64,000 nt of DNA. It comes from Eledone cirrhosa. Taxonomy: Eukaryota. A program made the position numbers and the translations under genes. Positions 51,191 to 64,000 of this stretch are shown piece after piece (positions within the stretch are counted from its first letter, which is position 1; the number at the start of each line of letters is the position of its first letter). The notes beneath the pieces were generated by a model. That model had not been told where the DNA came from. It did no database searches and saw only the letters and a list, made by a program, of their open reading frames with translations. The stretch spans positions 275,342,001-275,406,000 of the forward strand of contig OZ024743.1 in the NCBI GenBank assembly GCA_964016885.1, written 5' to 3'.

Positions 51191-51807
51191 TTTAACTGAA
51201 ACAACATAGGGTAAAGAGGCTCCTAGAGTTTTGTCAAAGGCTTACCAGCTCTAGTGTTGGTGGTACAATAAAATGTATCCAATACACACTGTAAAGTGAT
51301 TGGCAATCAAATGAAGACTATATAGAGTAGAGAAGACTCTTCGTTTTTACCAAGCATATAGCCACCTCTTTAGTGCTGGTATCACAGTAAAATGCACATT
51401 GTACATTGTAAGTGGTTGACATTAGGGAGAACATCCAATCATACAAACTATGTCAAAATAAGGAATGTATGAGCAAGACGTGGTCTCTCAACTAGTCAAG
51501 TCATATACCATGCCAGTATAGAAAGATGTTAAATTATCCTGATAGGGGTGTTTTACAAAGCAGTGTGTCAGACGTATTTGACATGTGACCAAAATGCATG
51601 TGAAATATATACTATAAAATCAATGTTTAATAAAAACATTGTATGAAATGCAACAGTTATCGCAAGCAAAGCATCTTAAACTTGATAGATGCATGCATAT
51701 ATGCCCACTAATATTCACTATCTTGCTTACCATTTCTGGTAGGGCTTAGGTCCAAATACATGCAATAGAACAAACCTCACTAAAGGCACCCTAGGGCCAG
51801 GTGATAG

Positions 51808-52110
51808 TCATCATCATCATCTTCCCACAACTGGTACAGCCAGTTGGTGGAGTGCCACTCTAGGCAATTTCACAGTCAATTGTCACTACTGGTCTCTATT
51901 CTTCATCAAGCAATAGAAAGGTCTTAGTCTTGTGACCAGTCCAGTCTTTGATGTTATCAGACCAGTATTTTTTTTGTCTGCCTTTTCTTCATCCTCTCTC
52001 AACTAAGCCCTGAAGGATGGTTTTAGAGAAGGAATTGAGGCAGCATACTTGACCAACCAGGCATGTTTCTGTCTTTTCACTATGGCAAGGAGTGGTTCCT
52101 GTTTGCCAGC
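51808..52110 (-). mobile_element. 3' fragment of a BovB-like RTE
   Basis: Minus strand reads FSKTILQGLVERG*RKGRQKKYWSDNIKDWTG; (TGA)n tail. Confidence 0.65.
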
Positions 52111-52137
52111 ATATTTTAGTATTGTAGTTTAAAATAT

Positions 52138-52172
<35 letters not shown>

Positions 52173-52178
<6 letters not shown>

Positions 52179-53768
52179 GCTGAGATGCTGAAGGCATCAG
52201 AAGTAGGTACTAAACTGGTTGCACGCATTATCAATCAAGCTATATATGGTGGTGTCATACCCAAAGACTGGTGCAGCAGTATTCTCATAAATTGCTACAA
52301 AGGTAAAGGGGATGCTCTGGAGAGAAGCAATTATAGGGGCATAAAGCTGATGGATCAAGTTATGAAAGTGGCAGAGAGAATATTAGCGCAACTGATTAGA
52401 GAAGGGTCAAATTAGATGAGATGCAGTTTGGTTTTGTGCCTCGGAAAAGTACAACAGATGCCCTCTTCTTAGTGAGGCAACTACAAGAGAGATTCTTAGA
52501 GAAGAATAAGCCACTATACTTAGCTTTTGTTGACCTAGAGAAGGCCTTTGATAGGGTACCCCGATCTGTCATCTGGTGGTCCCTAAGGAAACTAGGTGTA
52601 GAGGAATGGCTTGTGAGGACAGTGCAAGCTATGTACAGGGGTGCTGTCAGTAAAGTGAAAGTAGGAATGGAGTTTAGTGAGGAATTCCAGATACAAGTAG
52701 GTGTACATCAGGGTTCGGTCCTCAGCCCGCTCTTGTTCATTATAGTCCTCCAAGCCATAAGAGGAGTTTAAGACTGGATGCCCATGGGAACTTCTCTATG
52801 CTGATGATCTGGTTCTTATAGCAGAATCAGTAGAGGAGCTAGAGAATAAATTCTGGCTATGGAAACAGCAGTTGGCATCAAGAGGACTGAGAGTGAACAT
52901 AGCTAAGACAAAAGTGTTAAGTAGAAGAAAGGATAATACTCTGATTCCATGAAGGAAATGGCCATGTTCGATATGTAGGAAAGGAACTGGCATAAATTCC
53001 ATAAAATGTACGCACTGCAGATCTTGGGTATACAAGAGATGTAGTGGGATAACAGGTAGGGAAAAATACGTATGCAGCAGATATACAGGGAAAGTTGGAA
53101 GTAGTAATCACAGTGATAATCGCAATTTTCCAATGCAGGTGGGTTCTATAGAAGTGGTTGATAGCTTCTGGTACTTAGGTGATCAGATTAGCATGGGAGG
53201 GAGGTGTTCTGAGGCCATAGTATCTAGAACAAGGACGGGTTGGAAGAAGTTTAGGGAGCTGCTTCCTCTGTTGACAAAGAAGGGTTTCTCCCTGCGTACG
53301 AAAGGACGGTTATATGATGCCTGTGTGAGATGCGCGATGCTGCATGGTAGTGAGACATGGGCAGCAACTGCAGAGGATATGCGACGGCTGGAGAGAAATG
53401 AAGCAAGCACGCTCCGTTGGATGTGCAATGTCAATGTGCGTGAACGACCAAGCATAGACGAGTTGAGAAAGAAACTGGGTATAAGAGGGATAAGTTGTGG
53501 TGTGCAGGAGACAAGACTGAGATGGTATGGACATGTGATGCACATGGAGGATGACCGCTGGGTAAAGAAGTGCCAAGAAATCCCAGTAGAAGGAAGATGC
53601 AGTAGAGGTAGACCACGAAAAACATGGGTGGAGGTGATGAGAGCAGACCTCAGATTGCTGAAACTCACGGAGGAGATGACGAAGGACCGTGACAAGTGGA
53701 GAGATGCTGTGCTCAATAGGACCCGTCCCACCCTTGCAAGCAAGGAAAAGTGGACATAAAATGATGAT
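52173..53768 (+). mobile_element. 5'-truncated RTE subfamily C
   Basis: ORFs at 52185, 52421 and 53133 match the 41350-44778 copy; inserted after (TA)n. Confidence 0.9.
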
Positions 53769-54224
53769 AATATAAAATAAAAAAAAAAAGAACTAAAAAG
53801 ATTCTATGGGTTTGCAGTATATGAATCACTAGTCTTTATCTTTTGGTACTCAATATAATAAAACGTATCATATATACTATTTAAAAAATTGTATGTAAAA
53901 GGAAACTGCCTCATTTTAAATTGAGGAATGTTTGGAAAATTAGTTATGGTAAAGAATGTATAGTTCTTTGTAATGTAATAGTTATTTTTTGTGTGTGAAA
54001 AAGTAAATGTGAGATTTCAAACTTTATGCCAATAAATTTACTTTTACTCTGTCTCACTCCCACTCTCATAGTCTGTTATCTTTGTAGTCATTCAGTAGGT
54101 GAGACAATTTATTCCTGGAGCTTTGTTGGCATAAGTGGTAGCATAGAAATTAGTTATTGTTTGGTTTGATTTCTCACATTTACTGTGTCCAAATTCCACT
54201 GAGGACAAATTTTCCTTTTATATT

Positions 54225-54535
54225 ATTTTTTATTGGTTTCAGTCATTAGTCTAGCCATGCTAGGTCACCACTTTAATTCAGTTGATCATGTCAACCTTAG
54301 TTCTTATTTTTTCAAGTCTGGTACTTATTTTATCGATCTCTTTTGTCAAACTACTAAATTATGGGACAATTTTAGACACAAACATAAACATTGACAAAGA
54401 ACTGGCTTCTGCAGGTTCTGTTTGCCAAATTTAACTCACAAGGCATTGGTCAACCTGAGACATTTGCCAACAATGCTTTATAGCAGGACTGAACTTACTA
54501 GTTGCAAAGTGAACCCCTTCAACACACAGTTATGT
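54225..54535 (-). mobile_element. SINE with a CR1-like 3' tail
   Basis: TTTTATTGGTTTCAGTCATTAG.CTAGCCATGCTAGG.CACC resembles the reverse complement of the CR1 tail at 28527-28583; followed by CTGGTACTTATTTTATCGATC. Confidence 0.55.
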
Positions 54536-57317
54536 CTGCACTTATATCTGGTATTGTTAAAATTGGGTCAGGTATCTAGTTTGAGGACACTTTCTTCACT
54601 TGCTCCTACTAGTCCCAGAGGTGTTGCAAAAGGGTCATAGGCACTGCTCTTCCCTTATTAAGTGATAGAAGTTTTATATTGCCCCAGTAAATATTGCATT
54701 GTACTATACCTTAGATGCTTTCTTGGAGTTTGGATACTAAAAACTTGTATTTTCAAACTTTTTTCTCATAGCTGATTTTTTTTTTAAATTAAAAATTTTC
54801 ACTTTCAAAGCTTTCAATTAATTTATATTTTTTGTTCTTTAAATATAAATTTCTTATTTTGAAAGTTTTCTTCCTTGTTTGATAATGTTATCAAAAATAT
54901 GTGATCACTCCTTATTCGTATTTCCTGATATTTTGAACTTCTCTGGATGAAAACAGCTTGCAAATATATAGATTTGTTTAATACTTGGCAGTTACTAATC
55001 CTTTGTGACAGATTAACAACATTAACACTATGCTTCCTGCTATTCCTGTTTGAGTTTTTATATTTATCGTAATGTAGTTGAGGTCTTCTTGAAAACAATG
55101 TTAAATAATATCTTTAAATCTGGAATTGATTGTTACAGAGATACTTAACATCCAGTGTGTAAACTCAATACTACTGTGTAGTAGCTTTGCTGATGAAATC
55201 TTACGTAATATTGATATTTTAAGACAATAGACTTGCTGATTGAAACAATAGTATCATGTATCTATTTACTTGTCTGGTCATCTTGTATTCAATCACCACT
55301 CCTATGTTGTCGGTATAGCCAAGATACTTCATTAGCATATTTCTAACAAAATAAATTGTCTTTGTTTCATTTCATTGTTTTTTGGGTTTTTTAAATAAGA
55401 ATTTGGAAAAAGTTTAATAAAATAGCTAATTCTTCCATTATTGAGCTGGTGTTTGGAACATAACTTAACAGAAGGTTCTTATGTATAATTTTGATTAAAT
55501 ATTTTAAAATAAACAATTTTGTATATAATATAACTAGGGACAGTTATCAAGACTGGTATCAAGAAATTTATTAGGAAGAACTGAGTTCAAGCCCTTTTTT
55601 TGAGCCTGGAGGCAGCAATTAGAAACCATTGTATTACCATAAAATCTAGCAAAAAAATGTCTTTCTACAAAACTACCAAATATTATTTTTGACACAATAG
55701 TTGATATTTGGTTATAAATAGCAAATTATGCTTTCTTGGTCTCAACATTGCAAATGCAGTGTCTTCTGTATGAAGTTCTCAATCTAATTTAAAGGGGAAA
55801 AGAGAATTGATGTTTCATATCCATTTAACCTAGATTCTACTAAGGTTTTTGCTGGTGTTAAATTGAATACCATAAATTCAAATCATCATCTTCATCACCA
55901 CGCGTTGACTTGCCATGCTGGCATGGGTTGAACTGGTTGTCATGGTCTGAGATGGGTCGGAAGACCAGATTACAATTTTGGCATGGTTTCCATGTCTGAA
56001 TGATTTTTCTAATGCCAACCACTTTACAGTATACTGGATACATTTTATCATGACACCATCACTATAGGGGTTATGTTCTTGGTAGGGTTAGTCTTCTCAA
56101 CTCTATGTTGTCTCTGTTCAGTTTCTAACCACTTTACAGTGTGTACTGGGTGCATTTATATCATATTAGCAGCATTACTGAGGTTGGCTTGTATCGCGCA
56201 CAATTAAAGTGTGACTAAAAGAGTGAAGTAGAGTAGAGAACAGTGACAAAAGAATCAAGAAGAGTGGATGAAGGGAGAGGGATTATAATGGGAGGAACTG
56301 TACTTCGAGTGGGTGTGGTAGAGGAGGACTAATGAGAAACAGACAACAGGGGTGGGAGGATAGCAGATGGGAGTGAGTGTAATTGAAGAAATATTGTAGC
56401 TCTTTTAGATTACCTAGTTTCTATTTTGAAATTCCAGTTTATCTGTTTAAAGGTTGACATTTAGAAGAGCATTAGCCATAATGTTCAAATTTACAGAACT
56501 ATACATCTGTTTCATCATCATCATAATTTTTATGACCACTTTCCATGTTGGCAAATAACCATGTTTTGGTTATATGTTCCATATTTTGACTTCTATGATT
56601 AAATGCCCTTCCCAATGCTATATTTTTATATATGGGGAAAGAATATATGAGAAGACAAGATGTTAACTGGCTTCTTATGAAAAACACTTTTACTTCAATT
56701 CAGAAGTAAATAGCTGACTGCATGACCTAGAGTGAAGGTGGTGGCTTTGTGGTTAGGACACATAATCATAAAGCTGTAAGGATGATACCTGGTCCTGACA
56801 GTGCTTTATTTCCCATAACTTTTCATGGTAGGAGTGGCGCTCCTCTAATTAAAACAGCTGAGAAACCTATGAGACAACTTCATAGGAGACCAGCTAAATC
56901 TGATTAGGTACGAGCTGTAAATTATTCTATTTTTTCATTTATATATGGGAAAGAATATATGCTATGACAAGAATGTTAATTGGCATATGAGATACATTTT
57001 TACTTCAATTCACAAGTAAATAGCTTTCTTATCTACCTATTATTAGTGTTTGTTGTCTTCAATTCTATTTTTTTTTTTTAGATTATTAGAATTATACAGA
57101 ACTATGAAAACTGGTGTAATTCAACCAATTGAAGGATAGAACAATATATAATGTCATTTGTATTAATTACAAATAATAAAGAAATCATTAATTACAAATT
57201 ATTTACCTACAATGATTTTGCTAAACATAGACACACACACACTTGTGTGTATACATATACATAGACATGCATATATGTCTGTGTATATATACACACACAC
57301 ACACATGCATACACATA

Positions 57318-57398
57318 CACAAAGTGTGGCAAAAAAAACCCTCTTATATTTTACATGGTCACTGTACAATATGGGAGGTTTTTCTGCCACACCCGGTA
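57318..57398. mobile_element. Small Tc1/mariner-like MITE (palindromic)
   Basis: AAAGTGTGGCAAAAAAAACCCTC ... GGGAGGTTTTTCTGCCACACCCGG-TA. Confidence 0.55.
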
Positions 57399-57778
57399 TG
57401 TGTCTATGTACCATGCAGCAGGACAGAACCCAGAACCACCTGGTAGCATAGCAAACTCCATTAACCACATAATCATGCCCTAATAAATATTTAGTAGAAA
57501 CTTGGAGACTGGAGAAATTAGTGTTGTTTTCCTGTTTCTGTGCGCATGACCTCAGTTGATCAGTGTACATAATTATTTAATCATTAATCAATCCTGATTG
57601 AACAATTCCAGCAATCTATGTCATTCATTACCCCATATCTTTCTAGTGGTATGTAAGACTAAATTATCTAATGACCTTTCCTTATTTAAACTTTTCAATA
57701 ATAACTAATCTGCCCCAAACTGTTTCTGGTCCTATGAAAAAAAGCAAACGAAAAACATCCTTTTGAAGAGTTTAAATT

Positions 57779-58044
57779 AATGAGATCGTGTAGGTGTCAC
57801 GACAAAAGAAACACACAGTCCACGCTGTAATGTGGCCGTGTAGGTAACACGGTAAAAACCTCCCAGTCTACACTGTAAACGTGTTTGGTGTTAGGAAGGG
57901 CATCCAGCCGTAGAAAACCTGCCAGACAGTCCTATATGAGTGAGACACTTACCCGACCAATCTTGCCTCAATTGGGACAATTCCCATCTAAACCCATGCT
58001 AGCATGGAAGATAGACATTAAACGACGACGACGATGATGATGAT
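57779..58044 (+). mobile_element. RTE-A 3' UTR-only fragment
   Basis: Matches 18864-19122; tail AAAC(GAC)n(GAT)n. Confidence 0.85.
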
Positions 58045-58350
58045 CTTCCAGCATAATTTTATATGTGAACCTTTTAATACTTCCAAATTCTTCATAAATG
58101 AATTAAAACAGTGTATTTCATTAGAAATATGGTAACGTAAAGGTTAAAATAGAATTCCATAATATAGTGTGATTTGAGTGAAATTTGGCTGCTATTTTTA
58201 GCAGGTCACGTTTGTGTAGAGGCTTTGTTGTTGGCTTGTATACACATGTTGGTTGTTGTTTGAGATTGCACAGTTGCTAAATTTATATATTCCTTACTTT
58301 CTCTTATAATACAGAATTATTAATATATATCTTATCATTTTTTTTTTCAG

Positions 58351-58443
58351 ATTTGTATTAATATGATATACTGTACACTAATACTACTTAGCAAACTTGT
58401 CCAGTACATTGTTTTTGGAGAGCTGCGTATCAGTGAACACCAG
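58351..58443 (+). CDS. AMFR: Internal exon of E3 ubiquitin ligase AMFR/gp78 (transmembrane region)
   Basis: A poly-T CAG acceptor and a GTATGT donor bound 93 bp encoding ICINMIYCTLILLSKLVQYIVFGELRISEHQ, matching human AMFR VLVNTACCVLMLVAKLIQCIVFGPLRVSERQ. Too short for the ORF track; other exons not located. Confidence 0.85.
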
Positions 58444-60554
58444 GTATGTGACATAACAAACCACTTTATTCAATATTTTTATAAAAATTTGTTTTATACA
58501 TTGGTGTGATGAGTATAAATTTTGGCATAAGTTTTTAATGTCTGAAAACCAGTATAAGCTGATTATTGTCTTCATAAAGAATGGAAACTAAGTACTGATT
58601 AAAATATGAACGGAAATTAAACTTTTCGATATTTTTAGAAAGATTTATTCAAGACCCACTTAGGAATGTCTTCACTTATGCTCCACTAATCACTGCTACA
58701 GAACTGTTTAATGTCCAACTACATTAGCCCTTTAAACCCTGACCACTTACCATGTGTAGTTTCCAACCTTGGGTGTTCACATGAAAATTAATGAAAAGAA
58801 TTGTTTGTCAATTTAACCTGAAAAAAAAAAAAGTTTGTAAATGTACAAACTTGACAAATATTATAACAGTGCCTTACCAAAAAACTCAGGCTGAAGTAAC
58901 AATATAAAATAATAGCTAATTTGTGCATGGAGTGGTATAAGTAACATTTGCAAACAGAAATGCACAGCAAAATGGAATTCTTGGCTGGTGGGATATAGTC
59001 AAACATTATGATGATGAAAACTCTGGGCTAATAGGTTTAAAACATTGATCCTAATTATATCGGTTGATATTTTTCTTGATTTCTGACAGATTATCAGTTA
59101 TCATCAACTTGTTGTTGATTTTTTTTCATGTTATGAGTTTGACAGGTCTTCTATATAACTTATCTCTTCTGTGAGGCTCAGTATTTTGAGATTTAATCTC
59201 ACTTTATCTTTACATCATTTTCCTCAATCTTTCTCTTCAATGTGTAGCCTTCACTGACAGCACAGAATACCTTTTTCACTTAGCATCCATTATCTATTTG
59301 CCCCACATACCCACACCATCACAGTCAAGGCAATGGATTGGTGGAATTGTTAGTATGTTGGATGAGATGTCTTGCAATATTTGTTCCAACTCTTTGTGTT
59401 CTGAGTTCTTCAGTGATATACCTAATCTGTTGCCTGGTTTAACACCACCACCTGGTTCTTGGGTGTTTTAGCAGAGTTAATTTTGTTGTAAGCATTTGAG
59501 CCAGATCTCCTGTTTGAAGATAACTTACTTTTCTTCCTCCAGTTTTGGAGACCTAAAGAAGAGAAGTTCATGTTGCTTACCTTTTTAAGCATTAAAAATA
59601 AGTGAGACAAAATGTATCTAAAACAAAACAAAACTCTTAGTTTAAAACAGTGATTGTGAAATAAGTGGAGTGGATACACAAATTTTGTTCTTGAGTGATA
59701 ATGATAAATGCATAATTTGTTCTTTGTCTTTTCATTCTCGTTTCATAACAGTTATTTATAAATACAGGTTCAATGCTAGTTACTCACAAACATTACCACT
59801 TTACAAAAACTAATGCGTAGTAAGCTACTGGAATGTTTATTTAGTGGAGCAAGTAGCTTGGTTCAATATAATCCTCTTAGTTGTTGGTATTACACTTCTG
59901 TAGCTTCACTAGGAATGCTACACTCAATTCTGGCATTAAGCCATGCCACAGAAGCAAGGCAGTTCAGTGTTAAGCAGTTGTTTGTTGTCACATTTCAGTG
60001 ATCAGATTGTAAACAGCTTAAGAAGAAAAAGAAAATTGTAATTAAAATGGATAGATAAGAAAACATACCCCTTTTTTTTCTTCTTGACAACAGATTGAAG
60101 ATTCTGCCTAATTGATCAATATTGGAAGAATGACCACCTTGTCGACACAGGGAGCCTCCTATGTAGTCACTCACCCTGCTAAAAATATCAACCAAATCTT
60201 CAAATCATACTATATTGTCTTAAAAAGTGGGGGCATATTGGATAATGTAGTCCTAGATATAGAAGATTGGATGGCCACAACTGAAATGCTTTTGATTCAC
60301 GTTTTCTCAGATTTGTTGCCAAGGCTCAAGCTCACTTAGGCTTAGCTGGCCTTCTATAAGATTGCATCTCATTGCACGTCTCTTTGGTGTTTTAATGTGC
60401 CCTAGTCCTATCGTGTTATTCTTTTTCTGGTAACAGATGGCAGGAGTTAAACATAGTATTGGAACAGATACTGCAAGGCATCCTGTCTGATATGAACAAT
60501 TCTGGAAGGCTGTAAAACGGATGATCTTGATGACATATAATCACATTGTTTAAT

Positions 60555-61730
60555 ATCTGCTTCGTCATCTCTTGTGAAGTTAGGGTTCTTCACAACCTTG
60601 TCCGAAGTCTGCTCAAGTCTGTCTTATCCACTGGGGTTTCTCTGCATTTTTTTATGCAGCTGCTATCTTTGATGCACATCACATTTCCAAACCAACAGTC
60701 TTCTCTCTTGCACAGGCATCCAATTCCTCATATGCCATGTTTTTCCCCTCTGTTAGCTTATGCTATGTCGTTCATACACACTAACATTACACATCCATCA
60801 GAGCATACTTGATTCATTTCTTTTAGCCTCTGCAGGTCTTTTGCAATTAAGACCCATGTTTTACTGCCATGTAACATTGTAATTCACACACAGGCATTAT
60901 ACAGTCTACTCAGCATACTGAGAAAAAAGCCCTTTGTTGTCAGCAGAGGTAATAGCTCTGTAAACTTCTTCCAGCCTGTTCTTATCTTAGCTATCACAAT
61001 CACACTTTCAGAACATCTTCCCCCCAACCTGCCTGCAATCTCACTACATCTCTTGTATATCTATAAAGTACAGTGTGTGCACTTTATGGAATTTTTGCCC
61101 ACTCCTTTCTAACGTATCAAACATGGCCACTTCTCTGATGGTGTCATGCTCTTTTTCTACTTATTTACTGTTTGGCCTTTCAACTCTAGGTTCTTCTTCC
61201 ATGCTTGAAATTTTGCCTCTAACTCTCCTAAGGATTCAACTATAAGGACTAGATAATCAGTATATAGAAACTTCCATGGAGTGCCAATTTTAAACTATTC
61301 AGTGATAGCCTGAAGGACAATGATACACAGGAGTGGACTGAGGACTGAGCCCTGGTGGATCCTCACCTGCACTATAAATTCATCAGTGTACTCATTTCCA
61401 ACTCTCCCTCTGCTGTTTGGTCCTTTATACATTGCCTGTACGACCCTCAAACTATGTCCTTTATATATGGCCCTCTCAAGCCATTTGTCTGTACCCAGCA
61501 GATTAGAGTGTAGGCCCTGTCAAAGGCCTTCTCCAGATCTATAAATGCTAGTTACAGTGGTTTGCTCATAGCTAAGTACCTCTCATCTAACTTGATTCTA
61601 TCCCTAATTAGTTATGCTATAACACTCAGCAACTTTTGTGATATGGCCCATCAACTTTTGCCCCTGTAGTTACTTCTCTTTAATGTGTCTCCATTGCCCA
61701 TGTAGCAATTTGCAATGATACTGCTGTGCC
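60555..61730 (-). mobile_element. Old, highly degenerate RTE fragment
   Basis: Reverse-strand remnants of VRIHQGSVLSPLLCIIVLQAITE, RIRTGWKKFTELLPLLTTKG and LVGNVMCI. Confidence 0.75.
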
Positions 61731-61784
<54 letters not shown>

Positions 61785-61787
61785 GAT

Positions 61788-62118
61788 GGAGGCACATGGC
61801 TTAGCAGTTAGAGCATTGGCCTTGCACTCAAAAGGTTGTGAGTTCAATTCTCAGACCGGGTGAGGTGTTGTTTCCTTGAGCAAGACACTTTATTTCACAT
61901 CGCTCCAGTTTACTCAGTTGTAGAAATGAGATGATAGGGACTGGGGTCCATATCATTCCACTGCAAAGTGGTCGTGGAGGTGCCACGGCAAAAAAAGCAC
62001 CCAGCACTCACTGTAAATGAGGTTGGTGTTAGGAAGGGCATCCAGCTGTAGAAATCAAGCCAGAATCAGTTCCACCCTTGCAAGCAAGGAAAAGCGGACG
62101 TAAAATGATGATGATGAT
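61788..62118 (+). mobile_element. Complete composite SINE: tRNA head, CORE, Ceph module and RTE 3' tail
   Basis: TGGCTTAGCAGTTAG (A box), GAGTTCAATTC (B box), CCTTGAGCAAGACACTTTATTTCAC..CAGTTGTAGAAATG (CORE-like), AAAAGCACCCAG..TTAGGAAGGGCATCCAGCTGTAGAAA, tail GGACGTAAAA(TGA)n. Confidence 0.85.
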
Positions 62119-62870
62119 ATGGCCTTTTATGCTAAATTGTATCACTAAGGTGTCAGAGGACTTTCTGATAGTACTCCTGTGTAGCTGTTTACCCTTTCAA
62201 TGCAAAATGCTTTGGTAGTTGAAGTAAACGGCATCACATTGATTTTATTCCACACCTGACATGCTTTTTTGGGTCTTAATGACATTGGATGCTTTGACTG
62301 ATGACTGAACTTTGGTTTCTGGGTTGTACCCATACACCCACATCCCACCTCTAATTATTATAGAATTCAGGAACTTAGGATCCTTGTTGGCCGTATTGGG
62401 TGAAATGAAAATGCAAGTTGTATAACACCTTACTGGCTGCTTGAAAAATTAAAGTCGGATAGTTTTTCAACAGATCTTGTATATGTGTCTGTGGGCACAT
62501 GCACACACACATAGACACGCACACAGACACACACACACATATTACTTTAATTATATGCTATGTCATTAAGCAAATGTAATCTGTGAAGCAGTAAATTAAA
62601 ACCTATATTACAGGAGATAAGCATTAACTATTTTAGCTGCTAGCTCTTGATATATTATAGTTCACCAGTTAATTATGAGCAATAGTGTGTTATTATAAAG
62701 TGATTACTAACAATTATCCATTTTTACTTAATTGATCCTGTCGGTTTTTTTAAAATGGCATTTAAAAAAGAAGAAATTAGTGAACAAAAGAAAAGACAAC
62801 AAAATAATGTGTCTATTATATCAATTATCTTAGTAGGGTCAATGTTAGACAAATTCTATGATCATCATTA

Positions 62871-63060
62871 TGTGGATTGGCAGTAGCGGTAGAGGATCAG
62901 ACGCTATGCTTTGACACATAGAGTTACGGCCCTTGCCATTCTGAGTTCAAATCCCGCCGAGGTTAACTTTGCCTTTCACCCTTATGGGGTCGATAAAATA
63001 AAGTAGCAGTAATACACTGGGATAATTGCTGGCCTTGTGCCCAAAGTAGAAACAATTATT
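62871..63060 (+). mobile_element. Full-length OK-like tRNA SINE
   Basis: TGGCAGTAGCGGTAG A box, GAGTTCAAATCCC B box, family body and tail GGCCTTGTGCCCAAAGTAGAAAC. Confidence 0.85.
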
Positions 63061-63769
63061 TCTATGTCTGCTCTTTGAGCAGGTTTTCTATGGTTAGATA
63101 CCCTTCCTGGGGATTTAGTAGAAGAGTAGGAAACATTTGCCCAAGGTGCCTTGCTGTGAGATTGAACCCAAAACCTATATATCTCCAAAGTAAACTTAAC
63201 AACACAGTCATGTCTGTTAAATTTATTATGTATGGAAAAATTTTTGTGAACTATGATACTTTCATTTGAAAAACATTTCATGAACTATTTATTTTGAGTA
63301 AATGAAATTATATCTTTGTAGTAACTTAAGTATATCATTGTATGTCCCCACAATTGTTTGTATTGCTTGTAGTACTGCTTTGTTAATGTAACCTGGTTTC
63401 TAGGTTTTATTTGCTGCATTGCCTCTCTGGAGATGTGAATATTATACCGAAGACATGCTTTCAAAATGTTAACACTGTCCCTATACACTTTCTTTGTCTG
63501 TTTTCATGCGAATGAGTTTATTAGATGGAAAATGTTACACTGTTTTGTTTTTTTCTGTGTAGCACACTGATGGGAATTGGTGTGGTTAAAGAAAGGGCTC
63601 AGTTTCCAAGAGTGTGGCACTTGTCCTAAGGGGTGTTTAAAGAAATGTTAGATTAACATCTTCAATTGATCTGAATAATCATTTCAACATCAATGATGGA
63701 TCATTATCACAAAAGCTCATGATGTCTACATTGGACAAAAGATAGAAAACTATAGTACAGCATTTGTAT

Positions 63770-64000
63770 TTTTAAACGAGCATATATCACTTCAAAATGA
63801 GACTCAAAGGTGACAGTGGAGGAGGTTGCTCTGAAAGTGTGGCAGCTAAAATAAGAACAGGCCGGAAGAAGTTTAGGGAGTTACTACCTCTGTTAACAAC
63901 AGAGATTTTCTGTCTGAGTGAAGGGTAGATTTTTTTTATGCTTATGTGAAAAATGCGATGTTGCATGGCAGTGTGATGGTCAGTAAATGCAAAGGATATA
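63770..64000 (+). mobile_element. Degenerate RTE RT C-terminal fragment
   Basis: SGGGCSESVAAKIRTGRKKFRELLPLLTT...AMLHGS. Confidence 0.75.

Noticed and set aside
54026-54098. MPINLLLLCLTPTL.. with a GTGAGA donor as AMFR exon 1
   Set aside because: Lacks the ER.P.PSL..Y motif, and its phase does not fit the phase-0 exon at 58351.
61788-61860. tRNA gene (also at 155, 5412 and 62871)
   Set aside because: A/B boxes run into SINE bodies; no complete cloverleaf or Pol III terminator.

Overview
Eukaryotic, AT-rich, repeat-dense genomic DNA, most likely from an octopod cephalopod (inferred from Ceph/CORE-type and OK-like tRNA SINEs, RTE LINEs with (TGA)n tails and kilobase (TA)n arrays). Only two host coding exons are supportable: an internal GINS3/PSF3 exon (minus, 4670-4944) and an internal AMFR/gp78 exon (plus, 58351-58443), pointing away from each other. 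The rest is mostly mobile DNA. It includes one full-length RTE LINE with an intact APE-RT ORF carrying an embedded PHD-like finger, many truncated RTE copies of at least three subfamilies, and a near-complete CR1-like LINE with N-terminal Myb/SANT-like and CCCH domains. It also has CRE-like restriction-endonuclease remnants, a Rex3/Expander-like remnant, non-autonomous Helitrons, MITEs and Penelope-like remnants. The most notable unexplained signals are: (i) several distinct minimal type I hammerhead ribozymes on short islands within or beside (TA)n arrays; (ii) a covarying H-type pseudoknot module shared by RTE 5' UTRs, RTE 3' UTRs and a SINE; (iii) a double GIY-YIG Penelope-like locus split by a perfect 151-bp inverted repeat; (iv) recurrent fold-back palindromes at retroelement junctions. 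There is a 200-N gap at 29098-29297, and several frameshifts lie at homopolymers and may be assembly errors. All family assignments are by eye, with no database search.
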